The notes: a model not told the origin generated them from the letters alone. DNA of 64,000 bases from Octopus vulgaris (GCA_951406725.2 OX597819.1:71238001-71302000); one strand, 5' to 3'; positions 29,325 through 43,738 are shown, numbered from the stretch's first letter. Made by a program: numbers and translations.

Positions 29325-29494
29325 GTAGTAGTAGTAGTTGTACAGTCGGACAAAATGCTTAGCGGCATTTCTTCCGACTTCACGTTTTGTGTTCAAGTTC
29401 GGCCGAAGTCGACTTTGCCTTTCATCCCTTCGGGGATCAATACAATAAGTACCAATCAAGCTCTGGGATCAACGGAATCGACTAGCTCCCACCC

Positions 29495-29532
<38 letters not shown>

Positions 29533-29569
29533 TTGTCACGACTTGTGCCAATCTCAAGAAAGGTTGTTA

Positions 29570-29782
29570 TATTAGGTTGTTACATAATTTATTGCGCCTT
29601 TTTTTAAATAAATTTTATTCAACAAAAACAATAACAGCATTTAACAAAAATATCTTTAAATGATTATCACGGAGCATATTCACCATCTACTTCAATTTCT
29701 GCTTGACGTTTTGTTTAAATGTTTTGTTGGATAAAATTTATTGAAAAAAAAAAGCCGCAATAAATTATGCACTAACCAAATA
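29570..29782 (-). mobile_element. mariner-derived MITE, third copy
   Basis: tattaggttgttacataa ... ttatgcactaaccaaata. Confidence 0.8.
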
Positions 29783-29981
29783 TAAATATTAATCTCAACT
29801 TGAATCTATCAAGGTACCCATGGTCAAGGCACTCCGAGATCCTGATAGCGCTTCCAATGTATTTCTTTCTCAGTATTGCTCATAGTGGGAGATTTTCTAT
29901 CTTGAAGTTTTGTTACAGAAGTAATGGAAAAACTTTTTAGAACGAAGTATTGTGACGACAAACAGGAAATTAGAATTTTTT

Positions 29982-30960
29982 TCTACTCTAGGCACAAAGC
30001 CCGAAATTTTTGGGGAGGAGACCAGTCGATTAGATCTACCCAAGTACGCAACTGGTACTTAATTTATCGACCTCGAAAGGATAGAAGGGAAAATCGACCT
30101 CGGCGGAATTTGAACTCAGAACGTAAAGACGCCCGGCATAGAAACGTTTCTTTTTTCTTTATTACCCACAAGGGGCTAAACATAGAGGGGACAAAGAAAG
30201 ACAGACAAAGGGATTAAGTCGACTACATAGACCTCAGTGCGTAACGGTTACTTAATTTATCGACCTCGAAAAGATGAAAGGCAAAGTCGACCTTGGCGGA
30301 ATTTAAACTCAGAACGTAACGGCAGACGAAATACCCATTTCTTTACTACTCACAAGGAGACAAACGAGGACAGACAAACGGATTAAGTCGATTATATCGG
30401 CCCCAGTGCGTAACTGGTACTTATTTAATCGACCCCGAAAGGATGAAAGGCAAAGTCGACCTCGGCGGAATTTGAACTCAGAACGTAGCAGCAGACGAAA
30501 TACCGCTAAGCATTTCACCCGGCGTGTTAACGTTTCTGCCAGCTCGCCGCATAAGAATGGTAAGAATATCTATTTCTTAATTGCCCTCAAAGGGCTAAAC
30601 ATAGAGGGTACAAAAAAAGAACAGACAAAGGGATTAGGTCAATTACATCGACTCCAGTGCAAAAATGGTACTTATTTAATCCACACCAAGAGAATGAAAA
30701 GCAAAGTCGACCTCGGCGAAATTTGAACTCAGAACTTAACGGCAGACCAAATACCTATTTTTCTACTACCCACAAGGGGCTAACAAGGACAGACAATCGA
30801 TTATATCGACCCCAGTGTGTAACTGGTACTTATTTAATCGACCCCGAAAGGATGAAAAGCAAAGTCGACCTCAGCGGAATTTGAACTCAGAACGTAATGG
30901 CAGACGAAATACAGCTAAGCATTTCGCTCGGCGTGCTAATGTTTCTGCCAGCTCGCCGCC
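29982..30960 (-). mobile_element. Five-core multimer of SINE family B
   Basis: Repeated gaaaggatgaaaggcaaagtcgacctcggcggaatttgaactcagaac-like cores at about 30075, 30270, 30437, 30690 and 30846. Confidence 0.85.
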
Positions 30961-31308
30961 CTGAATTTTAAAAATATTAATCAAGAGAAAACGGGTGAGT
31001 TTTATCATTTAGAGATAAATGAAATTGAAATAAATGAATGGAGAGTGAATGCATAAAGTGAGAGAATATATTAAAGGTGAAGGAAGACCGAGGAAAAGTT
31101 AAGCTTAACAGCAGAAGTACTTGAGTATTGTTTCTATTAAAGTTAAGATGACAAAAAAGATTATTATGGAAGATAACAGTAGGTAAGAGTCTTAAAAGAA
31201 CCTACTGGTTTATATGAGTTAGGACCGTATTAATACTGAGAAATGTAAGTCTATTTGAGTTCCAGATATAATGGTTAATGGTAACGCTAAGACGAAGCGG
31301 AAGCATCG

Positions 31309-31747
<439 letters not shown>

Positions 31748-31764
31748 GAGGATGGTTAAGTGGT

Positions 31765-31812
31765 GTAGTCACTCTGATGAGAGTCCAATAGGGTTCGAAA
31801 ATAGATTAAGAC
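31765..31812 (+). ncRNA. Hammerhead-like motif, copy 1 of a tandem pair
   Basis: CTGATGA-gagtcc(aata)gggttc-GAAA; stems I and III are degenerate. Confidence 0.5.
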
Positions 31813-32054
31813 CGTTCAAAAATTTTACATTCTACAGGGAAACACTTAAATTTGTGTTGTTTATTGCACAGGTTTACGTATATTATATCATACATTGGTA
31901 GTGAGTGGACTGAGGTCCCTGTTGATAAGCTGTTGATATAAAATAAAGAGTTGAATGCTTATATTAGCAATTTAATCGCTTCAGTTCTCTTTACTGGTTA
32001 TGCAGTGTACATAGACACACTAGCTGCTGTTTCTCTGAGATTTGTGAAATGATA

Positions 32055-32102
32055 TTGACACATCTGATGAGAATTCAATAAGATTCGAAAACCGACTGTT
32101 CA
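32055..32102 (+). ncRNA. Hammerhead-like motif, copy 2, 290 bp downstream
   Basis: CTGATGA-gaattc(aata)agattc-GAAA. Confidence 0.5.
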
Positions 32103-32435
32103 TAGTTTGTTTTTAATCTACGGATAAATAACTACATATTATAGTTGCATTACAGCCATGTTAACAATTGGTTTCATACTAGAAATAAGATACGAACAAG
32201 ACAATCATCAGATATACTTATATACACATTTACATAGATGTTCACACACACATACGCACGCACACCTACACACGTATACGTACACACACACACACACACA
32301 TAAAGATGATGCGTAAAACATACAAAAATATATATCCACGGTGATTAATAATAACTAATCGTTATATGAAGTACCACAAAACGACACCAGTTTACACTAG
32401 CAGGCATACTCAGACACATATATCATACGCATGCA

Positions 32436-32810
32436 AGGCGGCGAGCTGGCAGAACCGTTAGCACGCTGGGCGAAATGCGTAGCCGTATTTCGTCTGCCGT
32501 TACGTTCTGAGTTCAAATTCCGCCGAGGTCGACTTTGCCTTTCATCCTTTCGGGGTCGATTTAATAGGTACCAGTTCCGCACTGGGGTCGATGTAATCGA
32601 TTTATCCGTTTGTCTGTCCTTGTGTGTCCTCTCTGTGGCTAGTAAAGAAATAGGTATTTCTGTTTTTACGTTCTGAGTTCAAATTCCACCGAGGTCGACT
32701 TTGCCTTTCATCCTTCGGGGTCGATAAATAAAGTACCAGTTGTGTACTGGGCCGGTGTAATCGACTGGCGCCTCCTCCAAAACTTCGGGCTTTGTACCTA
32801 GAATAGAAAA
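32436..32810 (+). mobile_element. SINE family B dimer
   Basis: Same architecture as 19810-20185. Confidence 0.85.
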
Positions 32811-33161
32811 GAATATTTACTTAAATAACATATTCAAGGTAAATTTATTTAAACTAAATTTATTCAAAGCTATGCTTATCCCGAATCACCAGAAATACTA
32901 ACGGCGATGCTAGCCATGAACCATTAATTTAATTTCAATTAATTTTCATTGCCCATGTTTCTTAATTGTGCAGTTGTTGAGTTATTTGGGTTTACACCCA
33001 ATGAAACAGCTGTTGCAAATAAATGAGCTTCGATACATATGTGATATTTATGCTTTTCAGAATCTTATCTATCAATTTAGCTCTCTCTCTTTCTCTCTCT
33101 CTCTCTCACTATCACTCTCTCTCACTATCTCTCTCTCTCTCACTATCTATCTATCTATTTA

Positions 33162-33231
<70 letters not shown>

Positions 33232-33273
33232 TGTATGTATGTATGTATGTATGTATGTATGTATGTATGTATG

Positions 33274-33316
<43 letters not shown>

Positions 33317-33449
33317 TTACTTATATATATATATATATATATATACTGTACGATACAAATAAGATGATAATTTTTTTCCAACGCATAAATACCGTTAGAA
33401 CAGCAGAAATATTGGCTTTCTAAAAAAAATTATCATCTTATATATGCAT

Positions 33450-33491
<42 letters not shown>

Positions 33492-33809
33492 ATGAGCGCG
33501 CGCACATAAATACTAACGCAGCCCACGTATTTACAGACATTTATATGTTTATATGTTTGGGTGTGCTTCTGTGTCGCTGCGAATGTATGTGAGCATATTT
33601 ATATGTATTTTTAATTGCAATCATACTAATATTTCAACCTCATTCGGTGAGACATAGATATTTGTGTACATACGTACATTCCTGTGTGTGCATGTATGTA
33701 TGTACACATATATAGATATATATATTCATAAAGGCGATACTCATAATTACAACATGTAACAAGTAATATATTTTATTATTTACACTGAAATAAAATGTAA
33801 TGTTCTTTG

Positions 33810-34160
33810 CTGGTATTCGTGGCACTCCGTCGGTTACGAGGACGAGGGTTCCAGTTGATCCGATCAACGTGAAATTGGCTGAGCACTCCACAGACACGTG
33901 TACCCTTAACGTAGTTCTCGGGGATTCAGCGTGACACAGAGTGTGACAAGGCCGGCTCTTTGAAATACAAGTACAAGAGAAACAAGAAGAAAGAGTGAGA
34001 GAAAGTTGTGGCGAAAGACTACAGCAGGGTTCTCCACCACCTCCTGTCGGAGCCTCGTGGAGCTGTAGGTGTTTTCGCTCAATAAACACTAACAACAGCC
34101 GGTCTGAGAATCGAAACCCCGATCCTATGACCACTGCCCTAACCACTGGGCCATTGCGCC
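33810..34160 (-). mobile_element. SINE family C
   Basis: Head ggcgcaatggcccagtggttagggcag on the minus strand, shared with 35986-36290. Confidence 0.8.
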
Positions 34161-35040
34161 TCCATTTGCTGATATTTATTAAATAGAAATATATATTGTA
34201 CTTAACTAGACAGTCACGTGTGTATATTTATGCCATTATATTTATGTTTATCTATGAGTCTGTATTTTCTGTATTTTTGTGGGTTAAAATCAGCGCAATA
34301 AACTTTAGCTTAACGTAGTTTAATATTCTAAATTTCATTGCATTTTAAGATAAGTATGTCTGTATGTATATATGTATATATACACACACATATATATATA
34401 TGTACATATGAATACACACACACACACACATATATATATGTATATAAATATATATTTATATACATATATATATGTATATATATATACATATATATACATA
34501 TATACATACATATATAATTACACATATATATGTGCAAATATTTTTGTATATGTATATTTATATGTACATGTATATATATATATGTATACACACACGCACA
34601 CATACACACACGCTCGCGCGCGCACACGCTTATAGTTCACAATAATAAATAATACAAACGCAAACAGATAAAAGCAGATGTACAAACAGATGCTTATAAT
34701 GAAATTAATAAACAATAAATAGCAGAATATATATTAAATGAAAAATATACACCACAAAACATCCAGTCTGAGAAAACTAAAATTAAAATATATATTTGAT
34801 TAGGATTTTAATCAACAATATTAACTTCTTTGAATATATAAAAAAAAAACTCACATACAAATATTTAATACGCACAATTACACATATACACACTCATATT
34901 TACACAGTCTCATACTAATGTATAAACGTACATAAACACACGCATAGAAGCAATCGTTGCAAACACATATATACACACACACAAACACACTCACATACAT
35001 AGGAACGTGAAATCAAAATCCTTTATATACATACTCACGT

Positions 35041-35081
35041 GCTACTGATGAAGTTTAACAAGACAGAAATCCAGACTTAGC
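35041..35081 (+). ncRNA. Decayed hammerhead-like motif
   Basis: gcta-CTGATGA-a-gtttaacaagac-a-GAAA-tccagact-tagc; stem I gcta/tagc. Confidence 0.45.
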
Positions 35082-35801
35082 AGTGCCCCCGGCGTTCCTA
35101 GGTGATTTTCGCCAGCTGGTGATACATATGACTCTGAGTGGGTGTGCCTTCTTGTCTCCGTCTCTACCCTACCTCCACTTGATAACCGATGTTGGTGTGC
35201 TAAAATCACCGTAACTTAGTGGTTCGGCAAAAGAGACTGATAGAATAAGTACCTGGCTTACGAAAATATAGAATTGGATCGATTCATTCGACTAAAAATT
35301 TTACGAGGTGGTGTAATATGTTGATCGTCAGCAAAAATATAAGAAAAAGGCTTTTGTGTTTCGAGCACATGCTCAGCTACAGAAAGAACAAACGCGGAGA
35401 AGAAAAAAAAAACGGAGAGAGAAAAGAACAAGCGTGCCTCCGTCAAACGGTCGCTGCATTCTGAAATGACTGGAAAAGGAAGAGGTTGCTAGAGGTGTGA
35501 GTGGCAAGGACAACTGTCTAGAGTTTTCTTGAGGCTTGGGTGGAAAGGGTGACATCTGTGAACCTGTTATATGTGTGTGCGTGTTAGCAAGTGTGTGTGT
35601 GTGTGTGTGCGTGCTTGGGTGCAGTTGTGTGTGTCTTGTTTGCAGTTTTTATGTGGGTGAATGCTATTTTCTATTTCTGCGTGCGTGTGTATGATGTATG
35701 TGTTATACAGGATAGAGGTTTAGGTGGACAAGATGTGACAAAATTGGTAGGTATTAGGAAATACACACACACAAACACGCACACACATCAACGCACACGT
35801 G

Positions 35802-35856
<55 letters not shown>

Positions 35857-35900
35857 GACTCTGTCTCTGTCACTCTCTCTTCGCTCGCTTTCTCTCTCTG

Positions 35901-35973
<73 letters not shown>

Positions 35974-35985
35974 GTGTGTGTGTAG

Positions 35986-36290
35986 AGGCGCAATGGCCCA
36001 GTGGTTAGGCAGCGGACTCGTGGTCGGAGGATCGTGGTTTCGATTCCCAGACCAGGCGTTGTGAGTGTTTATTAAGCGAAAACACCTAAAGCTCCACGAC
36101 GCTCCGGCAGGGGATGGTGGCGATCCCTGCTCTACTCTTTCGCCACAACTTTCTCTCACTCTTCTGTTGGCCTGCTCGCTTAGCCAGCGGGGTGTTGTCA
36201 TTTGAAGGCTAAAACAATGCGAAACGCATTGTGACCAGCGATGTGTAATAACATCTGATAGCCTGGTTGGTCACGGTGATCACGATGATA
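35986..36290 (+). mobile_element. tRNA-derived SINE with a family C head and a different tail
   Basis: A-box tggcccagtgg, B-box gtttcgattcc. Similarity to 33990-34160 ends at tctctcactct. Confidence 0.75.
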
Positions 36291-36715
36291 TATATATATA
36301 TATATATATATATATTCCTGCGTAATATATTCGCATCTTCTCGCACTAGTATCAACGACAAGTAGACAAGACATGTAAGCATTCCTAGATTTATGCGTGA
36401 ATTGCTTATACCACCAGAGATCAAACGGAAATGCACCTAAGCAGTAGAATGTCGTTCCTGTAAACATGTCAGTGACAGGCTTTCCCTGCTGTACACTTGT
36501 GGTTTCTACCGATAATAGTACACTCTCTTGTACGACTTCAAAGACGTAACCTTGCCCATCATTTCATTATTAATGCCTTGTGTATTTGAAATTTGACTTC
36601 ACGTCTTCTACAATAACCAAAGTGCCTTCTTTATCAAACAAGTTGACAAATACTTAGGATGCAGTGAAAGCGAATTTAAGCTCAATTAGATATCAAAGCA
36701 AAGTAGGCATTTTCT

Positions 36716-37100
36716 GTTATTGCCCTGCGCGCGTAACCGACATCCGGGCATTGTAGTCACTCGTATTTGTCTGTTTGTCTGTGTGTTTGCAAAATTCCTG
36801 GGAAACGGCTGAACGGATTTTCACCAAATTTGGCAGAAATGCTCATTGGGTGAGTGGCTCGAATTCATTGAAATTTTGGCGGACGGGTGAATCAAAATGT
36901 TATATTTTCTTTGTTACATATGTACTGTATAAACGATAAGCAGGGGAAATAACACTTGATGCCATGATATTGAAATATGAATTCGTCTGAGAATATATTT
37001 ATTGAATTTAATTTAATTATTTTATCCTTGTGTTTGCGCAGGGTATGCATCACATCTGTGATGCCTTTTTTTACAATTTTTTTTCCTCGGGGATATTTTT
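36716..37100 (+). mobile_element. Helentron/DINE-like non-autonomous fragment
   Basis: gtctgtttgtctg tract followed by aaacggctgaacggattttcaccaaatttgg. The 3' limit is approximate. Confidence 0.45.
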
Positions 37101-37404
37101 ATCGATGTCTTCGTATCCTTTGTATTACTGTTCTCAGTCGAACGACAGTTACGGTCGTACCTTTGTAGCAAAGAATATCGCTTTGAGACAATGTGGTTTT
37201 CGGTTCGGTCTTACGGCGAGGGCGTCTTCGGCGTTTTCTACTATAGTAGGCACTGATCGACCAATACTTTGTGAGTAAATTTGGTTATCGGAAACTGTGT
37301 GAAAGCCCATCGTATACACACACATATACATTATCTATTACTTGTATTATATATTTATATATATATATATATATATATATAATTATTACGGAGGTGGGGC
37401 GCTA

Positions 37405-37920
37405 AGCTACGATAAGGGAAATTGCAATGTCATTATCCGTCCGAATTTGCTTGATGTAGGTTTGAACTTTTCCATTCACCGAACTGATCTCGCTGTATAC
37501 AGACCATTTATCAAAAAGCAATATATATTCTCCTTGACAAAACACAGTGACTAGCTTGTTCCCCAGTTTGAACCTACATCAAGCATACTCATAATAACAT
37601 TACAATGTCCCTTATCACTGCTTAGCACTCCCTTTCCGTAATTTACTTACGATGAGGCACCGTATACGGTGACTGGAACAGAATAACAGAGGTAATCTCT
37701 TAATCCAGCTCACGGTGTCGTCTGCTTCGTGTCTGTGGCCGATGAAGAAACAACTACTCCGAAATGTTAACATCTCACAGTCTAGGTAGGTGGCACTGCT
37801 AGCTGATCTATGTGTAAACACACCATTTATCAACAAGCAAAATATATTCTCTGTGACAAAATGCAGTGAGTAGCTTGTTCCTAGTTCGAACGTCCATCAA
37901 GCATATTTGGACTGACGATA
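37405..37920 (+). mobile_element. pLTR-like unit with direct and inverted partial repeats and a decayed hammerhead
   Basis: 37503-37587 is repeated at 37822-37905 and partly inverted at about 37410-37470. ccgatga-a-gaaacaactactcc-gaaa-tgtt at 37739-37768. TA flanks. Confidence 0.55.
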
Positions 37921-37924
37921 TATG

Positions 37925-37994
<70 letters not shown>

Positions 37995-38028
37995 ATATAT
38001 ATGTGTATATATATATGTATGTATTCTT

Positions 38029-38097
<69 letters not shown>

Positions 38098-38100
<3 letters not shown>

Positions 38101-39020
38101 TAGTTTTATTGTTATAGCGTGCTTTCACTTCACTACCGAGCGCAGCACTGTGTGCCTTGGGTATGTGCTGTGATTTGTTGTGATGCTCTGATGGTTATTG
38201 TATGGAAAGTGTTCTGCGTAGGATGTGTGCAGTGCCTAGTAGTGCAATTTTCTGTATGTTATATGTGTTTGTAAGTCCTGGTGTTTTTGTTATGTATTTG
38301 TCTGAATATTTTTTTTATCATGCCTAATGCACCTACTATGATAGGAATTGTTTCTGTTTTCAGGTTCTACATTCTAGTTACCTCTATTTCCAGGTCTTTG
38401 TATTTTGAGAGTTTCTCCATTTCTTTTAGAGACACGTTGTCATCTGCCGGTATTGATACATCAATTAGAAAGCATTTTTTTCTTCATGATCTCTGACAAC
38501 TATATCTGGTCTGTTGGCCTTAATTTCTCTATCTGTGTGTATCGGCATATCCCAGAGTATGGTTGTTTTCTCGTTTTCTGTGACCTTTTCTGGTGTGTGC
38601 CTATACCATCTTTTTTCTGTTGTTATTCCATAATGTTGGCATAGCTTCCAATGTATGTAGGTTCCAACTCTGTCATGTCTGTGAATATATTCCTTCTTAG
38701 CCAAGACTGGGCAGCTAGAGATAATATGATTTATTGTTTCTTGTCCATCTCCACATATTCTGCAGTTACTTGTAATATTTCTTTTCATTACATGTTTTTG
38801 GTAATTTCTGGTGGGGAGGCTTTGGTCTTGTGCTGCAATTAAAAATCCCTCTGTTTCTGCTTTGAGTCCTGAGCTTCTCAACCATTGCTGGGATTTTTCT
38901 TTGTCTATTTCTTTTGCGTTTATGGGATTTTTCTTTGTCTATTTCTTTTGCGTTTATGGGATTTTTCTTTGTCTATTTCTTTTGCGTTTATGGGATTTTT
39001 CTTTGTCTATTTTATTTGCG

Positions 39021-39024
<4 letters not shown>
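38098..39024 (-). mobile_element. 5'-truncated RLE LINE family A copy in (ATT)n
   Basis: ORF 38465-38881 (CRICGDGQETINHIISSC, RPDIVV); ATT on both sides. Confidence 0.92.
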
Positions 39025-39102
<78 letters not shown>

Positions 39103-39175
39103 GAGCAAATGTCAAACCAAAAGAGAACGAGTATTACAAGTTATTTAGAATAATTCACTTAAGGTGGATTTAAAG

Positions 39176-39255
39176 TCTTACAACTTTTTCTGGCACAACC
39201 CATGTGGTTGATTAGCATGTCTGTGCACTAAGTATTCCTGTTCCGTCATCAGAGA
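39176..39255 (-). ncRNA. Decayed hammerhead-like motif with long stem II insert
   Basis: Minus strand: tct-CTGATGA-cggaaca...tgtgcca-GAAA-aagttg-TA-aga. Confidence 0.4.
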
Positions 39256-39309
39256 TAAGGTATGAATATTTTAGACGGGGAAAATTTAGAGTTTACAAGG
39301 AATAAAATT

Positions 39310-39360
<51 letters not shown>

Positions 39361-41071
39361 CATAAAGGGTAAAATAGAAGAATAAAAGCTACAAACGGAC
39401 ATTGTTCGAAGTATATCACTGATATTTATTCCATATTTTATATTTTTTTACAGACATCGGGAAGGCTGTACGCTGGCAGAATTATTAAATCACCGAATAA
39501 ATTCTTGGCAGCATTCGTTCTAACCCCCAGGGTTCTGAGTTAAATTTTAAATTCCTGCCAAGACCACCTTCGTTTCTCATCCCCACGGGGTCGATAAAAT
39601 AAAGTACCAGTGAAGTACTGGGCCCGATATAATCGACTAACCTTTCTCTCCAAATTTCAGGACTCGTGCCTATTTTAGAGAGTGGTTTTATTGAAAGTGG
39701 AAGTCAGTGAATTGGCAGAGTTGTTAACGCGTTTGACAAAGTACTTAGCAGCACATCTCTTGTGGTACCACACGTTCTGAGTTCAAATATTGCCGACGTC
39801 AGTTTCGCCCTTCTACCTTTCGGGTTAGATTAAAATAAGTATCAGTTGAGCGATGGGATCGATGTAATCGATATGCAACCCCCTTAAAATTGCGGTCCGC
39901 GTGTCAAAATGTGAAACAATTTTACAGGTTGCAGAATGGTCGAGTCGTTACAACATTTGATACAAAGAGACGTAGTACTTGTTTTGAAGCACTGAGTTCG
40001 AATCCCACCAAAGACTCAACTTGGTCTTTTGTCTTTTTGAGGTCGATGATCAAAGTGTCACTGTAGTCGAAGAATTGGCGAGAATTGACAGAGCGTTCGA
40101 ACGGTTGACTTGCCGTCAATGTCGAAAGTAAATGCCTTCTCAGTTGGAATCTAGTCTTCCACCGCAACCCCATGAAATTTTTGAAACTTCTGCCAATCAA
40201 AAAATAGTACCATGAATGAAAACAAAAACATCACTGACAATATAAATTCCTTGGCTCGATCAGTGGATCAGCTGCAATGGGATTATTGATTGATCGTTGA
40301 GCTAAGATCAATAATTAATAAATATATAAGTAAAACTGTTTCTACGAACACAGAAATAGATTTCTTTTTCTCCTTCTCTCTCTCACCTTACATATACGCA
40401 CATACATATATATGTATATGTAGTATAGATATGTATATATATATATATACATACATACATACTTAAATCTAAAGTATGTTTTTAGATTTTCCTCTACTTT
40501 TTTCCTTCTTTTTTAAATTTTCTTCTTCTCTCTTACTCTCTAGAGTCTATGTTTCACAACATGTTGGGTACCGGCTTCAGTAAGAATAACAATTTGATTT
40601 CCAATATCAACACCAGAATGGAATTTTCCAATTTAAAAAAAAAAGGATTATCAAATACATAAGTAAGACATCATATAACATACACAAAAAACAAAAGCAA
40701 AAAGAAAACAAACTAGCAAATCTATAACAAAAAAGCCGCAGCTTAATCTATCTCTCCAGCATATAATTAAAACTATTTACGGACAGACTTTGATTTAAAC
40801 TTTAAAAGAAGCTCATAACAGACGACCATCTTTAAAACGAATGTAAAAGTACACTTGACATTTTAGAATATTTGTTTCATACATTTTATATTGTAAATAA
40901 CGATATCAAAAGAACAGTGCCATTCATTTTTACAACTGTTCAATGTGGTTTATGCTAATTTTTTTCTGTCTAGTCAGAAATATAGAAAACTAAATGAGAA
41001 AATATGAGAATGAAAGAAGTATGCGCAAAAGCACATAGAGTACATGACCTATAAGTATATATGTATGAATA

Positions 41072-41125
<54 letters not shown>

Positions 41126-41204
41126 CATACATATATACACACATACATATATATTCACATACATGAAGATATATGTATATATATATGAATACATACATAT
41201 CTAT

Positions 41205-41301
<97 letters not shown>

Positions 41302-41916
41302 TTATATATATATACATAGTAAATATATATGGGAACTAAAATCTAAAAATATTAAGTACAGTTTACATTGGGAGATAATTTGTAAGGCAAAATCATATCG
41401 AATAAGTAGTAATTTTTGTTTATTATCTACTGACGAATTTAAAGAGATATTATTAACTAATAATAAAAATTTGATAAAATCTCTAGACGAACGAGCAATT
41501 AAATGTAGACATTAATTAATTAAATTATTTATATAATAAGTTTAGTGATTTTGTGTACATATATAAACCCTGTTTTACGTTACTAATTGTTGTAGTTATA
41601 ATTTGTATTAGTAAAATGTGTATTAATTAGCATGAGATTAAATATTCTATATTACATAATTAGAATAAGTTGTAAATTAGATGTTTATAAAATAAATATA
41701 TAAATTATTGAAAATAGATTAAATTATAGAATTTTAGCTTAATTTAGCTTAATTATATTATGTATTTTACGTATTTAGCATTTAGATTATTTAGACTTTA
41801 CAATTTTTCCAGTGAATGGTATATTAAAGTTAAATTTTTTCCCTTATTCTTACAGCTAAAACACATTTGTAATTTTAAAAGTTTAAATACATATTTCTAT
41901 CTATTTCTTCTATAAA

Positions 41917-42283
41917 TTCTATTTACGCCATATTTTACGTTTTACGTTTAAATCGTTAGTAAACGAAAATCCTTCGATAAGATAAGTTATATTTTTATTT
42001 TAAGAAATATTGTTAAATATTTTTCGATTATTTATAGTTAATACATGTATTCTTTATATGTTTATTTGATAATTGCTATAAGTTAAGATATTCTATTTAC
42101 GCCATATTTTACGTTTTACGTTTAAATCGTTAGTAAACGTTTAAATCGTTAGTAAACGAAAATCCTTCGATAAGATAAGTTATATTTTTATTTTAAGAAA
42201 TATTGTTAAATGTTTTTCGATTATTTATAGTTAATACATGTATTCTTTATATGTTTATTTGATAATTGCTATAAGTTAAGATA
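41917..42283. repeat. Tandem duplication of a ~175-bp AT-rich unit
   Basis: ttctatttacgccatattttacg...gctataagttaagata occurs twice; the second copy has an extra internal tttaaatcgttagtaaacg duplication. Confidence 0.9.
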
Positions 42284-42723
42284 AGTACATTTATTCTATT
42301 ATTATATTTTATTATTTATTGTCTTAGACCTAATGAGTGATTATATTTTTGAATAGAATTAATTTTAGTTCGATTTAATTTTAAATCGAATTGATTTTAT
42401 TATTATTATCTATTTGAAAATATAGCCACGAAGCGTGCGTAGTCCTTTTACTATTATTTACAATTCATTTTACTTTATTGATTTTTAGAATAATTTTTTA
42501 TGCTATATGTTTTTTATAGTATATATTTTCTATAAAGATGTGAATAACATCTTTATTGAATTGTTTAATAGAAGTTTTCCTCTAAATCATATATATATAT
42601 ATATAATAAATAACATTAGGGTAATAAGAATTATAGAATTTTTTTATTACCAGTGGCCTAGCGCCAAAAAAATTAGTCAATTAGCTATATATCATTCATA
42701 TAATATATATATATATATATATA

Positions 42724-43692
42724 ACTTGGTTAAATGAGATAGCTTAGCTATGTTTCGACCAAAGACTGGTCCAGGCCATGTCTAACTTAATAGCACCACC
42801 TTATAGGATTTACTAAATCCTTTTGAAGTCAATACGGAGACAGCAACTGAGTATCGCCTGAGGAGATACACATAGATCTTCTTTAATAGGTAAATCGTGA
42901 AATAATTTAATTTAAACATAACTTTAAATCTTGTATATAGAAGGATCTGTGCGTATTGAAACATTTGTAGCGATTAAAAAGCTGCCTAACCGTACATACA
43001 TACATACATACATACATACATACATACATACATACATAAAAGTACATATATATTATGTAGATTCACATACACACACACATATATATCTTTTATGCCCTTA
43101 ATATAAAAAAAGATATTTAAAGTGAATAATTAATAAATTAATAAATGATTAATAAATTTTTCCCTTATGAGGTTTTTCACGATAACTAGGGTTTTAATGT
43201 GTTTTAATGAACACGATATTTTATATGAATAATAAATAGTTTATTGACTAAATTTTTTTGTATGTACGTATGGTAATAAAAAAGTTCTATAATTCTTATT
43301 ACCCTAATATTATTTATTATGTTTAAATGATTTTTGATGAATTTGTTCAAGGTTTTACCGGCATCCTCTCTGTTGTCGGATATAGACTGCGTCTGCGCAG
43401 TGGATTTGAAAAGTAGAATATACAAACAATGAGTTTACATGAGGAATCGATCTCGGTGTGTGTATATTTAAATTCTAAAGGCTACCTACTGATGAAGACT
43501 GGCCTCAGTAAATCTTTTTTTACTGAAATAAGTCAGAAACCATGGTCTAGGAATTAAATTAGATGGTAAATGTTTTTAATTTTCATTCTCTTCGAGAATT
43601 TATCCCTAATTAGTATTTTGAATTTTTAACTGTTCTTTCTAGCGCAAGGATTTCCTATGATAGAAGCCTCTTAATGTGTTTTAATGTACACG

Positions 43693-43738
<46 letters not shown>

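Noticed and set aside
28809-29325. His/Thr-rich ORFs
   Set aside because: Degenerate (CAC/CAT/TAC)n trinucleotide repeats.
29982-30960. Regularly spaced repeats resembling a CRISPR array
   Set aside because: Units are ~180-250-bp SINE copies with homologous spacers; eukaryotic context and no cas genes.
30965-31260. Possible RTE 3' remnant (GEGRPRK-like)
   Set aside because: Too decayed to support from one short motif.
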